Under the pieces are notes generated by a model, which was given only the letters and a program-made list of their open reading frames with translations, was not told the origin of the DNA and ran no database searches. This document shows positions 1 to 13,654 of a stretch of 64,000 nucleotides of DNA, piece by piece. A program made the translations under genes and the position numbers. The stretch lies in the NCBI RefSeq assembly GCF_006345805.1, contig NC_042997.1:87730001-87794000 (forward strand), given 5' to 3'. Position 1 is the stretch's first letter. Every line of letters begins with the position of its first letter. This DNA comes from Octopus sinensis (Eukaryota).

Positions 1-54
1 TGCCTGTATAACCTGGATGGAATAAATGTTTCAAGGCATTATTGGTAATTTTCT

Positions 55-86
55 TGTTGATGTGTCATCATCACCATTACCATCAT

Positions 87-121
<35 letters not shown>

Positions 122-545
122 GCACCAATGTCATTACCAACACCAACACCAACACCATCTTCATCATCATCATCATCATTATCATCACCAATGTTATTAC
201 TACATCACCACCACCACCATTATCATCATCACACCCCCACCCCAACCACCATCACTGTCATCACCTTCATCTTCATCATCACCATCATTATTATCATCAA
301 TGTCATCATCGTCTTCATCATTATGATCATCACTAATGTCAATGCCACCACCACCACCACCACCACCACCACCACCATCATGACTACCACTGCCATCACC
401 ACCACCACTACAATCTTCATCATCATCATCATCATCACCACCACCACTACCACTTCTACCACCATCGTCCTTATTATCATCATCATCACCACCACCATCA
501 CTACCATCATCCTCCTCCTCGTCATCATCATTGTCATCATTGTTC
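55..545. repeat. Compound (CAT)n/(CAC)n trinucleotide microsatellite
   Basis: Direct reading. It explains the poly-His/Ile/Thr/Met ORFs at 39-598. Confidence 0.97.
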
Positions 546-747
546 CTTTAACAATCACTTTTCCATACTTGCATTGGGGTCAGGTGGATTTTTGTTAGGG
601 CATATTTTCTTTGGGCAAAATGCTCTTCCTGTTATCAACCCTCACTAACCCTTGGGCAGAAATGGGTTTTTTTTCAAGGAAGATTCAAGATGAATAAAAA
701 AGTTTGCCTGAAAGTGATGCTTATTTAATACACACACATAATGAGAG

Positions 748-1146
748 CTTCTTTCAGTTTCCATGTACAAAATCTACTTACAAAGATTTGGTTGATTTGG
801 GGCAAAAGAAGACATTATTTGTCCAAGATGGTGTGCAGGGGGACTAAACACAAAACCACATGGTTGAGAAGCAGTTTCTTAACCACACAAGCAGAAAGAG
901 AGAGAGAGAGAAAGTGGGGGAATGTGAGAGAGGGAGAGAGAGAAGGAGAAAGACAGAGACAGACAGTGTGTGTGTGTGTGCATGTGTGTATATGTATGTG
1001 TGTGTACTTGAGGCTGTGGGTGTGAGTGTGTGTGTATGTGTGTGTGTGCCTAAGTGAAGACACTTGCCCAAGGTGCCATGCAGTGGGACTGAACTGTGGA
1101 ACCATGTGGTTGGGAAGCAAGCTTCTTACCATACAGCCATACCTGC
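748..1146 (-). mobile_element. Two partial copies of SINE family A (tRNA-headed octopus SINE) separated by GA/GT microsatellites
   Basis: Reverse complement of the family head, e.g. GAAGACACTTGCCCAAGGTGCCATGCAGTGGGACTGAAC...CTTACCATACAGCC at ~1056-1140. It matches the + copy at 35586. Confidence 0.85.
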
Positions 1147-1606
1147 ACCTATTACATATATTACATATTAAATTAAATAGATAATCAAAAGAACAATTAA
1201 TAGTTTCATGCTATTATGGTACTTGAACAAGCATATTTATAAAATACACCATGTATCTTAAAGAAATCTTTCAGGCTCTGTTTATGTGTTACATATAATT
1301 TTTAAAAACAAGGATGCTGGACATTAAGAAAATATGGAAACAATGCAAAGAAGGTTGATGTGAAAAATGGAACAAGAGAAAAGAATCGAAATTAAGAGCT
1401 ACAATACTTGTCTTCCCGGATAGTAGAAAGCTCATTAAATACAACTGGTTTAGGACAAAATAACTGAAAATATGTCAAAGTCTGCAAGACAGCAACTCAA
1501 TCCAGAGCAAGTGGTGCCCTCCAATTTGGTAAAAGAAACCTGTCCATGAGGCTACACCTGCTAAAAAGTTTGCACACACACACACTCACACACACACACA
1601 CACTCA

Positions 1607-1650
<44 letters not shown>

Positions 1651-1654
1651 TATA

Positions 1655-1847
1655 TATCTTTTATCTTTTACTTGTTTCACTCATTAGACTGTAGCCATGT
1701 TGGGGTAGTTCCCTGAAGAAGTTTTAGTTGGATGGTCCCACTGCTTATTTGTTTTTCAAAGCCTGGTACTTATTCTGTCTCATTTGCTGTAACCACTAGG
1801 TTACAGGGACGTAAATACATCAACACTTGTTGTCAAGCAATTACAAT

Positions 1848-1897
<50 letters not shown>

Positions 1898-2056
1898 GAT
1901 GGATTTCTTTCAGTTTTCATCTGTCAAATCCACTCACAAGGCTTTGGTTAGCCTGAGGCTATAGTAGAAGACGCTTGGTCAAAGTACCTCACAGTGGGAC
2001 TGAACTTGGAAGCATGTGATTAGGAAGCAAGCTTCTTACCACACAGCCATGCCTAT
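1655..2056 (-). mobile_element. SINE family A, near full length with an internal CA microsatellite
   Basis: Tail (CTTTTACTTGTTTCA), body and head all align by eye to 35586-35949 and 49935-50352. Confidence 0.88.
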
Positions 2057-2440
2057 ACCTAATGTGTTCCAGCAAGTTTTATACACTAGCCATCCAAAGA
2101 AAATTTCACCAGCATTGAGTAGAAAGATTCAACAGGAAGTTAGGAAAGACATTAGTTGATCATCAAACCGGATTAAGGCACTTACGGACACAGAATGCAG
2201 CTCAAGGATGATAAGATGACATTTGATTAGGCAAAATATTGTTAGTTTTCATACAATGCATATTTTCTGCATTAAATGTTAAACATTTCTTTAGGTTTTC
2301 ATATATCTTTTTCTATTTGCCAATAATGAATCTATAATGAAGAATAGTCAAATGTATCGGTCTGCAAGGAGTTCATTTTGGCAGTTTTTTCCCTGGTCTT
2401 AAGATTTTGTCCAACAGTGTATATATATATATAAATACAT

Positions 2441-2522
2441 ATTAACAAATTTTTGATAATCTGTGAGTAAAATGGTAAACAATTAACAAATTTTTGATAA
2501 TCTGTGAGTAAAATGGTAAACA
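2441..2522. repeat. 41-bp tandem duplication
   Basis: ATTAACAAATTTTTGATAATCTGTGAGTAAAATGGTAAACA occurs at 2441-2481 and again at 2482-2522. Confidence 0.95.
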
Positions 2523-2554
2523 TTTGGAGAAATCCCTTATAAATTATCTATATA

Positions 2555-2785
2555 CACGGTTGGCCGAAAGTCACCCAAAAGTAAATCAAAATTCAATAAA
2601 TGTTATCTGTAATTCTGTATTGACTCAAATGGAAAAAATGTGTCACTCAAGAAGGACTTCAGTTTGAAAAATTTTCATGTTTCATATTTAGATGCTTTTA
2701 TTAAATTCATTCAGTTGTTAAACATAAATAAATCTTGGAATTAAATGGTTTTGATTTATTGTCAGGTGACTTTTGGCCAACCCTG
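2555..2785. mobile_element. Tc1/mariner-type MITE (231 bp)
   Basis: TIRs CACGGTTGGCCGAAAGTCACC and GGTGACTTTTGGCCAACCCTG (2 mismatches), flanked by TA on both sides, with no ORF. Confidence 0.85.
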
Positions 2786-3015
2786 TATATACACACGTCT
2801 TTCTCCAGCATTCACATGCACAACAAGACGCATATGCAGGCACATGCATGCAATATATATAAATACAAGTGTCTACACATTTATTACTTTTCAAATCCCA
2901 CTCACAAGGCTTTGGTCAACTCATGACTCTTGCCTAAGGTGCCAAGCAGTGAGATCAAATTCAGAACTCTTCAGACCAGAGGCAAGCTTCTTAACCATAG
3001 ATCCATACAGCTATC

Positions 3016-3480
3016 TAATTCTCTCTCTCTCTCTCTGCCGTCTTCCTCTGACTCCCTCTCTCCCCCCCTCTCTCTTGTTTTATCATGTGCAATTCACCTT
3101 ACTTCCCCCAACAATTTTCTTTTCATTACACTCTCTTTCTTTCTCTCTTTTCACACTCCTTTCCACTACATCCTACGCATATCTCTCTTTCTTGTTTTTT
3201 CTTTCGTTTTACTTTCTTTCTTGTGTTCTTTATTTCATTCTTGCTTTCATTCTTTCTTTAGCTCTTTCTTTTTCTTTCATTCTCTCTTTCACATGTGCAA
3301 TTGACTACCTGTTCAAACGGTTTTTCTTCTCTCTCTTTACATTCTACTTTTTCTCTCTCTTTGCAATCTACTTTCTCTCTCTTCCCTTCTCTTTTCACAC
3401 CACTGTCTCTCTCTTTCTTCCCTTCTCGTCATACACTACTTTGTCTCTCTCTCTCTCTCTCTCTCTCTGTATATATTATT
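3016..3480. repeat. CT-rich low-complexity tract
   Basis: Pyrimidine-rich tract. It produces the spurious 258-aa F/L/S ORF at 2745-3521. Confidence 0.9.
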
Positions 3481-3789
3481 CGTTCACTCTCTTTCCAGCT
3501 ACTTTCAAAATTTATAAATAAATTAAATATTTCACCTCCACTAGTAAGTAACAATGAAAACATGTATTCAAAATGAGCAAATAAATATATCATGTAAAAA
3601 AAAAGTGTGCATAAATGAAGAGGAATAAAAATATAATAATTAGAAATGGTTAGAGGAAATATATGAACAAATACCAAGAAAATTTTTTAATAAATTCCAA
3701 CCAAAGAAAAATATTACTCAACTAAATATTCTAAGGTAAAAGAAAAGAAATTCTGACATTTTTACTTTGATAAATTACATATGTTGAAT

Positions 3790-4051
3790 CACAATAGCAT
3801 ATATATATGTAAGTGTAGTAGTACATGCATATGTATATATATTGACATATGTATATAAACTTACGTTCATCCATCCATACATATATACATGCACACACAT
3901 ATATACATATGTATTTATACATATATATTTATACATATGTATTTATACATACACGCACACACATATATATGTATAAATACATATGTGCATATATAAGTAT
4001 TTCTAAAGAAAAAGGAGAAAGATATATTAATACACACAAGCTGACATACAT

Positions 4052-4098
<47 letters not shown>

Positions 4099-4329
4099 CA
4101 TGTTTCTCTATATACACAATATGTGTATATTATATGTGTATATATATTATACATATATATATTATATTATATATATTTTATATACATACATATATCATAT
4201 ATATACATATATATATTATATATATACATACAAATATATTATATATACTTACATGTATATTATATATTTATGAATACATATATATAATATATATACAGAT
4301 ATGTTTTACATATATATATACATAAATGC

Positions 4330-4370
<41 letters not shown>

Positions 4371-4372
4371 AA

Positions 4373-4408
<36 letters not shown>

Positions 4409-4425
4409 CATACATATATATATAA
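3790..4425. repeat. Degenerate (TA)n/(TACA)n microsatellite
   Basis: Direct reading. Confidence 0.95.
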
Positions 4426-4832
4426 ATGCACCCCCACATGCCCCTTATCCCCCCCACACACATGTGCACACACATTCACATATATATTTAAACAAAATGC
4501 TTATTTCTATTTGTTAAGGAATTTACAATTTGAGAGAAAAAAAATTATGCTAATAATACAATAAGGAACATTTCTCATTTCTATTTTTAATATTTGTGAA
4601 CATGTGCAGAATCATGATTCTGATACATAGGTAAATAAGTGAGAGAGAGTGTTTGTGTGTAAATCTCTATATTTCAGTGTTTAGCACTGAGTGTGAATAG
4701 GTGTCTGTGTGTATGAGCATATAAATATGAGTGGGTGCTCATTTGAAAGAGTGTATAAATGAGTATCTGTAAGACTATGTTGCTTGTGTAAGAGTATGTC
4801 AACAAATGAATATGCATACATTCGTGTGTTGA

Positions 4833-4897
<65 letters not shown>

Positions 4898-5731
4898 TGT
4901 GTGTGTGTGTGTGTGCATGTGCATGTATGTTGAAATGAGCATACCTGTGTATGAGTATATTCTTGTGTGTGGGCCAGGTTTTCATTTGGATATAAGGGAA
5001 AATGTACATAAGATTCTCAAAAGTAAATAGACACCTTATTTTCTATTTTGTTATTGAAAGATTTATTTCTGGAAACAAAATAATGTCATTTGATGCATTT
5101 AAATACCTAATCTAATATTTAGTAGACATGATTCATGCAGTTATAATGATTTAACTTGTTTAAGCATCATTCTAATGAGTAATGTCCAATATATACAATG
5201 GTATAATGAGGTGTGTCTATTTACTTTTGAGGCGTCTGTGTGTATGTGTATGATGTCTGCATCTTGAGATGTGAATGCATATGTACGACTGCATGTGTAT
5301 GTGTTGGTGATATCCTCAATACATTTATGTATATTAGCACTGCGGTACATATTCCAAGTGCTTTCACTATTTTAGAAATAATTTGATTTATATTTTTAAG
5401 TTAAGTGATGTGTGCCTGTAAGTCTGTACTTTTGTGTACACATGTACATTTGCTTAAACAAATAGTTACATATTCATGCTTTCTATCTCATAGACACGCA
5501 CACACACACACATACACACACATTTTTCTTTACCTTCTTCAATACATATGCATGTATGATTATATATATATATACACACACACACACACATATATATATT
5601 GATAGATAGATAGAGAAATAAACTTGTGCATATGTATGTTTGTATATATATGTGTATATATTTAAACATGCACACATACATAAATATACATACAGACATA
5701 TATGCACATATATAAAATACATAGATATGTA

Positions 5732-6923
5732 TTGGGTCATCCCATAAATAATGCATTTTTTATATACTTTTTATTTTTCAAAATTAAGATAAACAAGGTT
5801 TTTTTAAATCTAAAATATACTCTCCTTCATTTTCTACAATACTCTTCCATCTATCTAGTAGACTTGTGAGGCCTCTCTTCCAAAATTCACTTGTCTGTGA
5901 TGAAAAATACTCCTCCAGTACTGTTCTGACCTTGTCTACAGAATTCATATTTTTCCCATCCAAATGATTTTGAAGACTGTGGAATAAATGATAATCAGAT
6001 GGAGCAATGTCCAGCAAATATGGTGGGTGAGGCATCATTTCCCATTCAAACTACTTTTCATCTTTGCAATATCATCCTTGCTATATGTGGCCGAGCATTA
6101 TCCTGATGGAAGAACAACTTTTGTCTTGAAACCAAAGATGGTTTCTAGTGCTGACTTACGTCACTCAAGCTGTTTGCAGTAGATCTCCTTTGTTACTGTT
6201 TGGTTTGGGCTTAAGAGTTCAAAGTGGACTAAACCTTTCACATCCCACCAAACAGATAACAACACCTTACATTTATAAAGACTTTCTTTAGCCTGGTGTG
6301 CTGGTATTTCTCCTTTCCCTACTCACTGTCTTCGGCATTTGACATTTCTATAGAGAGCCCATTTCTTGTCACCAGTCACTATTCAGTCCAAAACAGGTTC
6401 ATTTGTGAGATGTGTCAGCAAAGAAGAGCACACATTTACTTTCTGTGTGCAGTTAAACTCGGAAAGTTTGTGAGGAAGCCATTGCTGACTTTTCTGATGA
6501 GACACAGATGTCGATGAATGGTTGAATGACCAAATCCCAGCTTCTCTGCTAGTTCATCAATGGTTATGATGGGATTTTGTTTCTGGCTTGGAAGTTCTGG
6601 AACCACCGTTGACACTGGCTTATGCTTATTGTCCAATCCCCATATACTGTATTAATTTTCTTCATATTTTTTGTTGCATTGTTGCCTTAATTGAACTCAT
6701 AAAGCAAAATATGCTGAATATGCTCCTTTGTCCCTTCCATTATAACTTTGAAAAAATAACTCTTAAAATCGAACTGCACTCTTCAAAATTTGCACACTGA
6801 ATATGGCCAAGGTAAAATTACTACCTGCTTTTATAGCAAGCTGATGCAGGTAATTTATCTCCTCCTTCTCTGACTTTTCGTTCATGCAATTGAAAAAACT
6901 GCATTATTTATGGGATGACCTAG
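5732..6923 (-). mobile_element. Mariner element, nearly full length, both TIRs present
   Basis: TIRs TTGGGTCATCCCATAAATAATGCA and TGCATTATTTATGGGATGACCTAG, TA flanks at 5730-5731 and 6924-6925, 1192 bp long. Confidence 0.95.
5784..6740 (-). pseudogene. Mariner transposase pseudogene
   Basis: N-terminus MEGTKEHIQHILLYEFN*, HTH segment TIDELAEKLGFGHSTIHRHL, and C-terminal PHPPYLLDIAPSDYHLF (YSPDLAPSDY motif). Stops and frameshifts are present. Confidence 0.93.
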
Positions 6924-7212
6924 TACATATATACATACATATTTGTACGTATGTATCTTCAGGCACTGTTTCCTCTATATGGCTTACTCATCACTTTTCT
7001 GCCATTTCATGTTTTATCCTTTGTACTGTTACTTTCATTGCTTTCATTCTTTACTTCACTTATTACTGTTTTCTCTTCCTTCTCTTACCCTTTTCTGATG
7101 AGTTGTAGTGCATCTGAGCACTATATACAAGAAGCTCCATATCACACATACACACAGACATATAAATGCGCATGCACGTGTACACACACACTCACACTCA
7201 CTCACACACACT

Positions 7213-7248
<36 letters not shown>

Positions 7249-7274
7249 TATGCATTGACATCCTGAGCCAGTTA

Positions 7275-7640
7275 TCGTCATCATCATCATCATTTAATGT
7301 CTGTTTTACACGCTGGTTTGGGTTGGACGGTTTGACTGGAAACTGGTAAGCCTGGGAGCTGCACCAGGTTCTGATTTGATTTGGCAAGGTTTCTATGGTT
7401 GGATGCCCTTCCCAACACCAACCACTCCGAGAGTGTAGTGGGTGTTTTTTTATGTGTCACTGGCACACATGCCATTGACCTGACACTGGCATCAGCCATG
7501 GTCTCACTTGGCTTGACAGGTCTACACAAGCACGGTGTATCGCTAAAGGTCTTGGTCACCTGTCACTACTTCCATTTGAGGCCCAATGCTTGAACGATGC
7601 TCTTTACATGCCATCAGCACAGATGCCAGTATCTTTTACT
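7275..7640 (-). mobile_element. RTE-type LINE 3' end or derived short element with a (GAT)n tail
   Basis: CATCATCATTTAATGTCTGTTTT...GGGTTGGACGGTTT. Related copies occur at ~12180-12360, 13650-13740, 21030-21120, 22420-22580, 42990-43165 and 51080-51250. Confidence 0.75.
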
Positions 7641-7979
7641 ACTATCTCCTCAGCTTGACACATGTGTAGGGAGAGAAAAGAGAAATGGAAACTCTATGGA
7701 AGCTCATCCAAGGAATTGTGATTGTGGCTCAAAGAATCAGCTTTGTCACAGTGTCAAACTGATTTTACCTGAGGATTACGTTGAGAGTAAACATGTGTGA
7801 GGAATACTCAGCTATGTGTACTGTAATTCAGTTTGTCAGCAGTTCAGTTGATTGAATAGCTGCAATACTTATCGTCAAAACCAGCTGTGATCCTTTTTAT
7901 AATCTATCTATCTATCCATCTGTCTGCCTGTCTGCCCTACTTGTCTGTCTGTCTGTCTGTTTGTCTGTTTATCTGTCTG

Positions 7980-8058
<79 letters not shown>

Positions 8059-8300
8059 GTTCACCTGCCTGTCTGTCTATTTGCTTACCTGCTTGCCTGT
8101 CTGTCAGTTTGTCTTTCTTGCTAGTTAATTGTCTGCCTGAGTGCCTGTCTCTTTGTCTGTCTCTCTAGCTAGCTAACTGCCTGTCTGACTGTGTGTATGT
8201 GATGTCTGTCTGTCTGTCTGTTTATCTGCCCATCTGTGTATATGGATGTGTGTATTTTTTTCTGTGTATGTGCATATAATTCAGAAGATTATTGCACATG

Positions 8301-8348
<48 letters not shown>

Positions 8349-8547
8349 CATACATACATACATACATACATACATACATACATACATACATACATACACA
8401 CATATGTACATAATGCACATACAAATATAATTGCCTACATATATATATATATATGGAGGAAATTACATGCATATATAAATCTATGCATTTACAATTTCCC
8501 TATATCTCTTTGAATATGTGTGCCTATGTGTATACACACACACACAT

Positions 8548-8582
<35 letters not shown>

Positions 8583-9362
8583 TACAGAGTTATATGTTTC
8601 TATATGTGTATGATGTGTGCAAGAGTATATATATGATACAATACACCCTTTGTGAGTACTGATATTTGTTATATTTGCAATACATTGCAGCAGTGTTCTA
8701 TTTGCAAGAAAATTTGTAAGAAAAAAAAAAAGAAAATATTTTGCTAAGAATATTTCTACAGTTATTATCGGCTCACTTAACTTACTAAAAAAGAACAAAC
8801 ACAGAAATGGCAACTTTTGATTTCTTACACAAGCTTCACAACTCCAAAGAGTATTGATCTTATAAAGAAGTGCAAACATAGCATGAAAAGCTTCCTAGCT
8901 TATTCTCTGCAAACAAACAGTGTGGCACCATTACCATAGCAACTCTATGTCTATTTAGTAAACAAAAAAGCTCAAAAAGAAAAAGAATAAAAAATGCAAT
9001 TGAAGGTTTCTACAGAGGATATATAGTTTGTAATGATGTTTGCTTTATTATTATTGTAAGTTATACTGACAAATTACTTGGTGTGTTGGTAAAAAATACC
9101 TGCTGAGCTATTTTACAAAAATTCTTTGATGTTTATTTAAAATTCAATTTCAAGAAGATAATAGAAACATATTTTTCAAGAGTTTATGTTTTTTAAGAGA
9201 ATAATTTATATTTTATAATCTGAAACCAATTTCTATCAAAAATATTGGTTTTTATTAGATATCATGGATTACATTTTAGCAAGGATTAAAACTTGAATGA
9301 AAGACTGGGGAATCTAAATATATCTTGGCTCTAAGCTTGAGGTTCATTCAAGGTTTCTGTAA

Positions 9363-9577
9363 CCCTTTAATATTTAAACCAGCCATATCTGGCTCAAGTA
9401 CCTGTTTTACCTTCAAACTGGCTAGATCCAGTTTCTCACATATACCCTGTAATGTCATTCTAAAAATAAACAATCATAACTTTGAAATCTTGAAGCTACA
9501 AGATGATACAGGATTAACTTTAAAGAATGTGAATAAATATGCATTACATTTGACAAAGTAAGCTGAATGCTAAATGG
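9363..9577. mobile_element. piggyBac-type MITE (degenerate)
   Basis: Ends CCCTTTAATATT and AATGCTAAATGG, TTAA on the right flank. The interior is homologous to the element at 29681-30217. Confidence 0.7.
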
Positions 9578-9940
9578 TTAATTTTCTACTACTTTGGATA
9601 TTATTAATTCAAACAATAATCACTGCAGTGATTTAATAAATCCAGTAACTTATAAATGCAATTAAAATGTTACATACAAACATGGGTGCTAATGTGGCTA
9701 GAGTGAGGGTTAAGGAGTTTGCTTCAAAGACACTTGGTTCTGGGTTCAATCCCACTGTGTGTCAATTTGGATAAATGTCTTCTAGTGTTAGTTTGATCAA
9801 TACTTCTTGAGTGGAATTTGCTAGACAAAGACTGTGCAGAAGTTCAGTGTATACATACATATCTACACTCACACACACATAGCTATGTGTGTGTGTGTGT
9901 GTGTGTAGATACATGTATGTATATTGTGTGTGTATGTGTG

Positions 9941-9981
<41 letters not shown>

Positions 9982-11039
9982 CTTTTGATGATTTATATTG
10001 CCATAGGATATAAACATTGCTGAGAAATCTGAAAAAGCAATGCCTTATAAATGAAATTCCTTTGTCACTGTAGCTTTCATGAATGCAGTAAACCAAGGAC
10101 TAGTTCAGAGGATGCCATTTACAAATGAAGGCAATTATTCATTTTTGACAAATTACAAAAAAATAAATAAATAAATAAAATAAAATAAAACATTAAAACT
10201 AAAATATAAAAAAAAAGATGTTTTACTAGTAATAACCTGCTATATTTCTGAAAACAAATAATTCTAAAATGTCCTAATCAACCTAAATACAAATAGGTAC
10301 CAAGAGTAAACCATTGTTTTCCTAAATCCCAAGAAGTCATAAATTCTGGGCTTCAGTTTCTGCTATACCAAGCAGGTGATAAATAAACTTACTTTTAGAT
10401 AGATCACTACAAAATCAAAGTTAATTTTTAAAAGGAAAGAATTTAACTTGGTAGTGCAAGTCAATAGATCTTAACACAGTTCTTTGGTACTGTTGCTTCT
10501 CATTGGATTAATTATTTTTCCTGTAGTACCTTCTTTGCAATAGATATTTGTGATCTGAAGGATGGGAAAATAAAGACTCTTACATCGAGCTGATGAAACA
10601 AACTTCAAAACAAGGCAACTAATTTGCACTCCATCTGAAAAATTTATACAACCCTGTATACTTTCATTACCTCACACCTCCTGATCAGAATCTACAATTC
10701 CCCAGAACTTGCTATACACTTCTGACCTTGCTGGTTGCCCATCCAAGCAAGAGGCAAATTGAAAGACCCACTCTTTTTTTTTTTACATGACATCATTTCT
10801 CTTATACTTCCAGTGACTCACGTTTCCTTTCAATGCTGATTCAATACCTCATTAGTTTTAAACATTGCGAGTTTAACAATTTGGTCATTGGCAGAAAGCC
10901 ATATCAGAATTAATTGATTGTTTGGTGCACTCTTAACTGTGCAATCAATTTTTAAACAAGTTATAATGAAATTTTCAATGCACTTCAGTTCATTGATTTC
11001 AACCACAGATTTACAAATTATAAAAGATATACAAAGCAG

Positions 11040-11340
11040 ATACTGATAGCTGAGGCCCCATTGTTAAGGTAACTTCTGGGATAAATGTCTTGAGTCCTAT
11101 CTCGAGTCTTAGGACTCATAGGGAAGGTTTCCCAGTTTCCATGGTATGTAAATGACCAAAATTACAGTGTTCACCTTTAATGGGATGCCTGTCCATCACA
11201 GGGTTACTTGATTACAGATGAGTGAATTGGAGCAATGTGAAATGAAGTATTTTACTCAAGAACACAACACATCTTCCAGACTTGGAACTGAAACCATGAT
11301 CTTGTGATAGTGAGTGCAACACTAATGGATAGATTATGTG
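11040..11340 (-). mobile_element. tRNA-derived SINE (family C-like), degenerate
   Basis: Reverse complement contains GTGTTGTGTTCTTGAGTAAAATACTTCATTTCAC, which is shared with 29847-30185 and 23399-23675. Confidence 0.65.
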
Positions 11341-11812
11341 CTTTTATGAGGCTCCATAGCAAAAGTTGAAATTAGTAGCCATGTTTCAAGTTGATTTTTT
11401 TCAAAGTATTTATTTAGCTTGAAATATAGAGGCCAAACTCTTTCAAAGTTTTCCAGAGGAAAATGTAAAATTATTCCAGCATATTGCTCCTTAATTATTC
11501 TTCAAGAAGATAAAGTCTTTGACAGTGTTCCTGCTAAATGATAAGTTGCTGTAATATTTTTGCAAACCTGCTGTGTTTGGTAATAGTTTCTTTTAAAAAA
11601 GGAACTCAAAGAGTTTGTTTGTAAAAGAGTATATGTATTTACAAAGTAACATGAATAAAAATAATACAATAATCTTCCTGTGGGGAATGGAAAGTTCAAC
11701 ATTTTGGATAGAGTTGTTCTTCAAGGAAAAACAGAAAGGAGAGAAATTAATGAGAGAAAGCAGAGTTTTAGATCCATTAAGTCAAAAATGCTGGTTGCAA
11801 CTGATATGAACT

Positions 11813-12029
11813 TCATATGTGAACAAGAAGTTGTAGGAGAAACAGTGTGAGAAGGTGAAAAGAAAGGGGAATGGAATGAGAAGAAGCAGGTAAAGTTACC
11901 CTGAACAAGGACTCTGTCTGAAATGCCTTATTTTCTATTCCCTTTAGTAAGTTCTCTGCACTCTTTTTATCAGTTTTACTATGTAATATTAGTCTTGCTG
12001 ATGCAGACCAACACCAGCCCCTTTGGAGC
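11813..12029 (-). CDS. Candidate late or terminal exon of the minus-strand gene
   Basis: Acceptor TATGATCAG followed by an open frame LQRGWCWSASARLILHSKTDKKSAENLLKGIENKAFQTESLFR. It then either splices at AGG|GTAACT (11900) or reads on to a hydrophobic tail and TGA at 11813. No homology recognised. Confidence 0.35.
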
Positions 12030-13115
12030 CTGATCATACTTGCAAAATAACAGAGTTACTATTCCATGGTATTGTATGAAACTGTAGGAGTTCAGATGTA
12101 GTCAAAGTTTATACTAGAGATATTTGTTTTACAATTTACAAAGATACATGTATAAATCTTCTAATCCTGTGGTGTAAATATCATCATCATCATCATCATC
12201 ATTTAATGTTTGTTTTCCATGCTGGTATGGGTTGGACGGTTTAACAGAACTGGTTAACTGGGGAGCTGCACCAGGCTCCAAACTGATTTGGCATTGTTTC
12301 TATGGCCAGATGCCCTTCCTAACACCAACCACTCCAAGAGTGTAGTGGGTGCTTTTTACATAGATGCATTGATTGATTGAAGATATATAAATGGTTGAAC
12401 ATTAAAACCTGTAACAACAACTAAACTTTTAATTTTATTGTCTGTCACAATATTCTATTATACTACATTTAAAATCATGTAACTGCTTTCCATTCCTGCA
12501 TTCCTTTCAGTCAACACTCAGTCATTCACTCTCACTCTGTTTGCCTCTCACTTCAACTATTCCACATGCCCCTGCACTTAACATGTTTACATCTCTCTCT
12601 CTTTGTACCTTCTCCTTCTTTCTTCAACTAACAACACAATGTAACAACAATATATTTCTCTTAGCTCTCAGTTCTGACACTCTTCTCTTTCCCTTGAACT
12701 AACCATGTGATAGTGTCATATATTTGGTCTTAGCATAATTATTACTTTCTCCCTACTTCACATCAGTAACATTTCTCTCTCCCTCTTTTTCCCTTGCTCT
12801 TCATCTTTCCCATTAAACTAACCATGTGACAGTGTAACACATTCAAGTTTGTTAATATAAAGATAGTGAAGTATCTTTTCATTCTTTCTCCCTTCTCCAA
12901 CTGGTTATCATTATTAACCAACCAGAATAGATGAAATAAATTCCAGTGAAATGCTGTTAAAGATTTATTAACAATTGTAATTTTTCCAACATTTTTATTT
13001 ATTTATCTAAAAAGAACACAATTTAAAAAGGTAAAAACATGGCAAATTAAAGGTGTCATGAAAAAATGAAAAAGATGTAAGTAAATAAATGAAGAAAATA
13101 AACATGCATACTCAC

Positions 13116-13142
13116 CACATCTGAGAACACTGGTATTTCATC
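13116..13142 (-). CDS. Candidate 27-nt microexon (DEIPVFSDV)
   Basis: Acceptor TTTAAAATTTTTTTAG and donor GTGAGTAT, frame-preserving, in non-repetitive DNA. Confidence 0.4.
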
Positions 13143-13654
13143 CTAAAAAAATTTTAAAGCAGCCCAAAACACTCAAAGCATTACTGCAGATAATAGCAAG
13201 GATGGGATAGATGCTGGTCTAGCCAAACACCATTGTGAGCATTATATGACATTTAGGTGAGACAGGATACAATCAAAGTTTGCTAGACAAAAAAATAAAT
13301 GAATAAAAAACAGTAGATTCTAGCTCCATGGTCTGAGTGTTAATGTTATTTATAGGAAAAATATTTCATTTGATAACACAATCGGTACATCAAAGAAATC
13401 ATCTGTCATAATGAGCTTATAGAAGTGAATGCAGTAACAAAGGTTGAATGTATTATGATGTAGTTCACTTTTCATCCTTTTGGAGTCAATTGAATAAAAA
13501 GTAGTCAAGTACTGAAATTAACTTGATACACTACACCTTTCCCCTTAGTTCCTGGCTTAGTACCAAAGTTAGAAATCATCGTCATTATTCTCCAGACAAA
13601 GCACTTCATAGCATTTCTACTAGCTTTATGTTCTTCTTCTTCATCATCATCATA

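Noticed and set aside
39-598. ORFs of up to 156 aa with poly-His/Thr/Ile/Met
   Set aside because: They are translations of CAT/CAC microsatellites. The same applies to the many CV/HT/YI-repeat ORFs elsewhere in the track.
2745-3521. 258-aa ORF, the longest in the track
   Set aside because: It runs through a MITE end, a SINE fragment and a CT-rich tract, and has low-complexity F/L/S composition.
10808-10860. Minus-strand hammerhead-like CTAATGA...GAAACGTGAGTC
   Set aside because: The core G5 is mutated, and helices I and II do not pair.
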